DNA of 64,000 bases from Callorhinchus milii. Taxonomy: Eukaryota. The notes under the pieces are model-generated. The model saw only the letters and a list, made by a program, of their open reading frames with translations. It searched no databases and was not told where the DNA came from. The position numbers were made by a program, and so were the translations under genes. Shown piece by piece: positions 63,541-64,000 of the stretch (position 1 is the stretch's first letter; every line of letters begins with the position of its first letter). The stretch spans positions 100,442,001 to 100,506,000 of the forward strand of contig NW_024704743.1 of assembly GCF_018977255.1 (NCBI RefSeq). The letters are read 5' to 3'.

Positions 63541-64000
63541 AACAAATCTGAAGCGTGGACATTATTGTGGAAAATTTCTTAAATAGTTCTAATTTGGAAG
63601 TCGGTTTTGGAAAACAAACTTTAGAAAACAATTCCGTGCAATCTAAAATCTTTGCATGATTTTTCATGTTTTAGAAGAGTGGGAATTTCAGGCCTCTGGA
63701 GTCTAATTTCAGATTGTGTGTTAAGCAAGTGAAAATACAGGTGTAGAAAGGGAATTATAAATGTCTTTAGTTATTAAGCTAAACCAGTGAAAATGTTATA
63801 GGCAATTCTATAATCCTTTTAATTGGATTGTAATTATATAATAAAGGCACCTGATGTTTTCTCTGTATATAGTTTACATAGCTCTTAAATTAGATCACAT
63901 ATCAGTTCTATTTGCTTGCTTGTTGCTATTATTCCTTTGAAGATGGCAATAACATTCCTGCAACATAGTAAAATAATTGATATTTCGTTGTTCATTCCAA

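Overview
Repeat-rich non-coding vertebrate DNA, most likely from a cartilaginous fish, possibly a chimaera (inferred from the SacSINE1-like DeuSINEs and the CR1/L2 content). I cannot support any complete host gene, rRNA, true tRNA gene or CRISPR array. Nearly all long ORFs in the track are fragments of LINE ORF2 (L2 and CR1) or shadow frames of repeats. Main components: (i) many truncated L2 copies ending in a stem-loop plus (TTG)n; (ii) CR1 3' fragments ending in (ATTCTATG)n; (iii) a young SINE, here called 'A' (tRNA-Ala-like head, CORE-like segment, 3' half shared with the DeuSINE, L2-type stem-loop, (ATT)n); (iv) an older DeuSINE 'B'; (v) a very old SINE-like family 'C'; (vi) micro- and minisatellites. 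The most notable observations: the SINE A / L2 pair has a covarying 3' stem-loop whose loop matches L2 only in the youngest SINE copies; a 100-bp insertion with a perfect 13-bp target-site duplication begins exactly at a hammerhead-ribozyme core; there are several fold-back hairpins; and there are two candidate exons on opposite strands. Boundaries of degraded repeats are approximate, and family names come from recalled consensus motifs, not from a database search.
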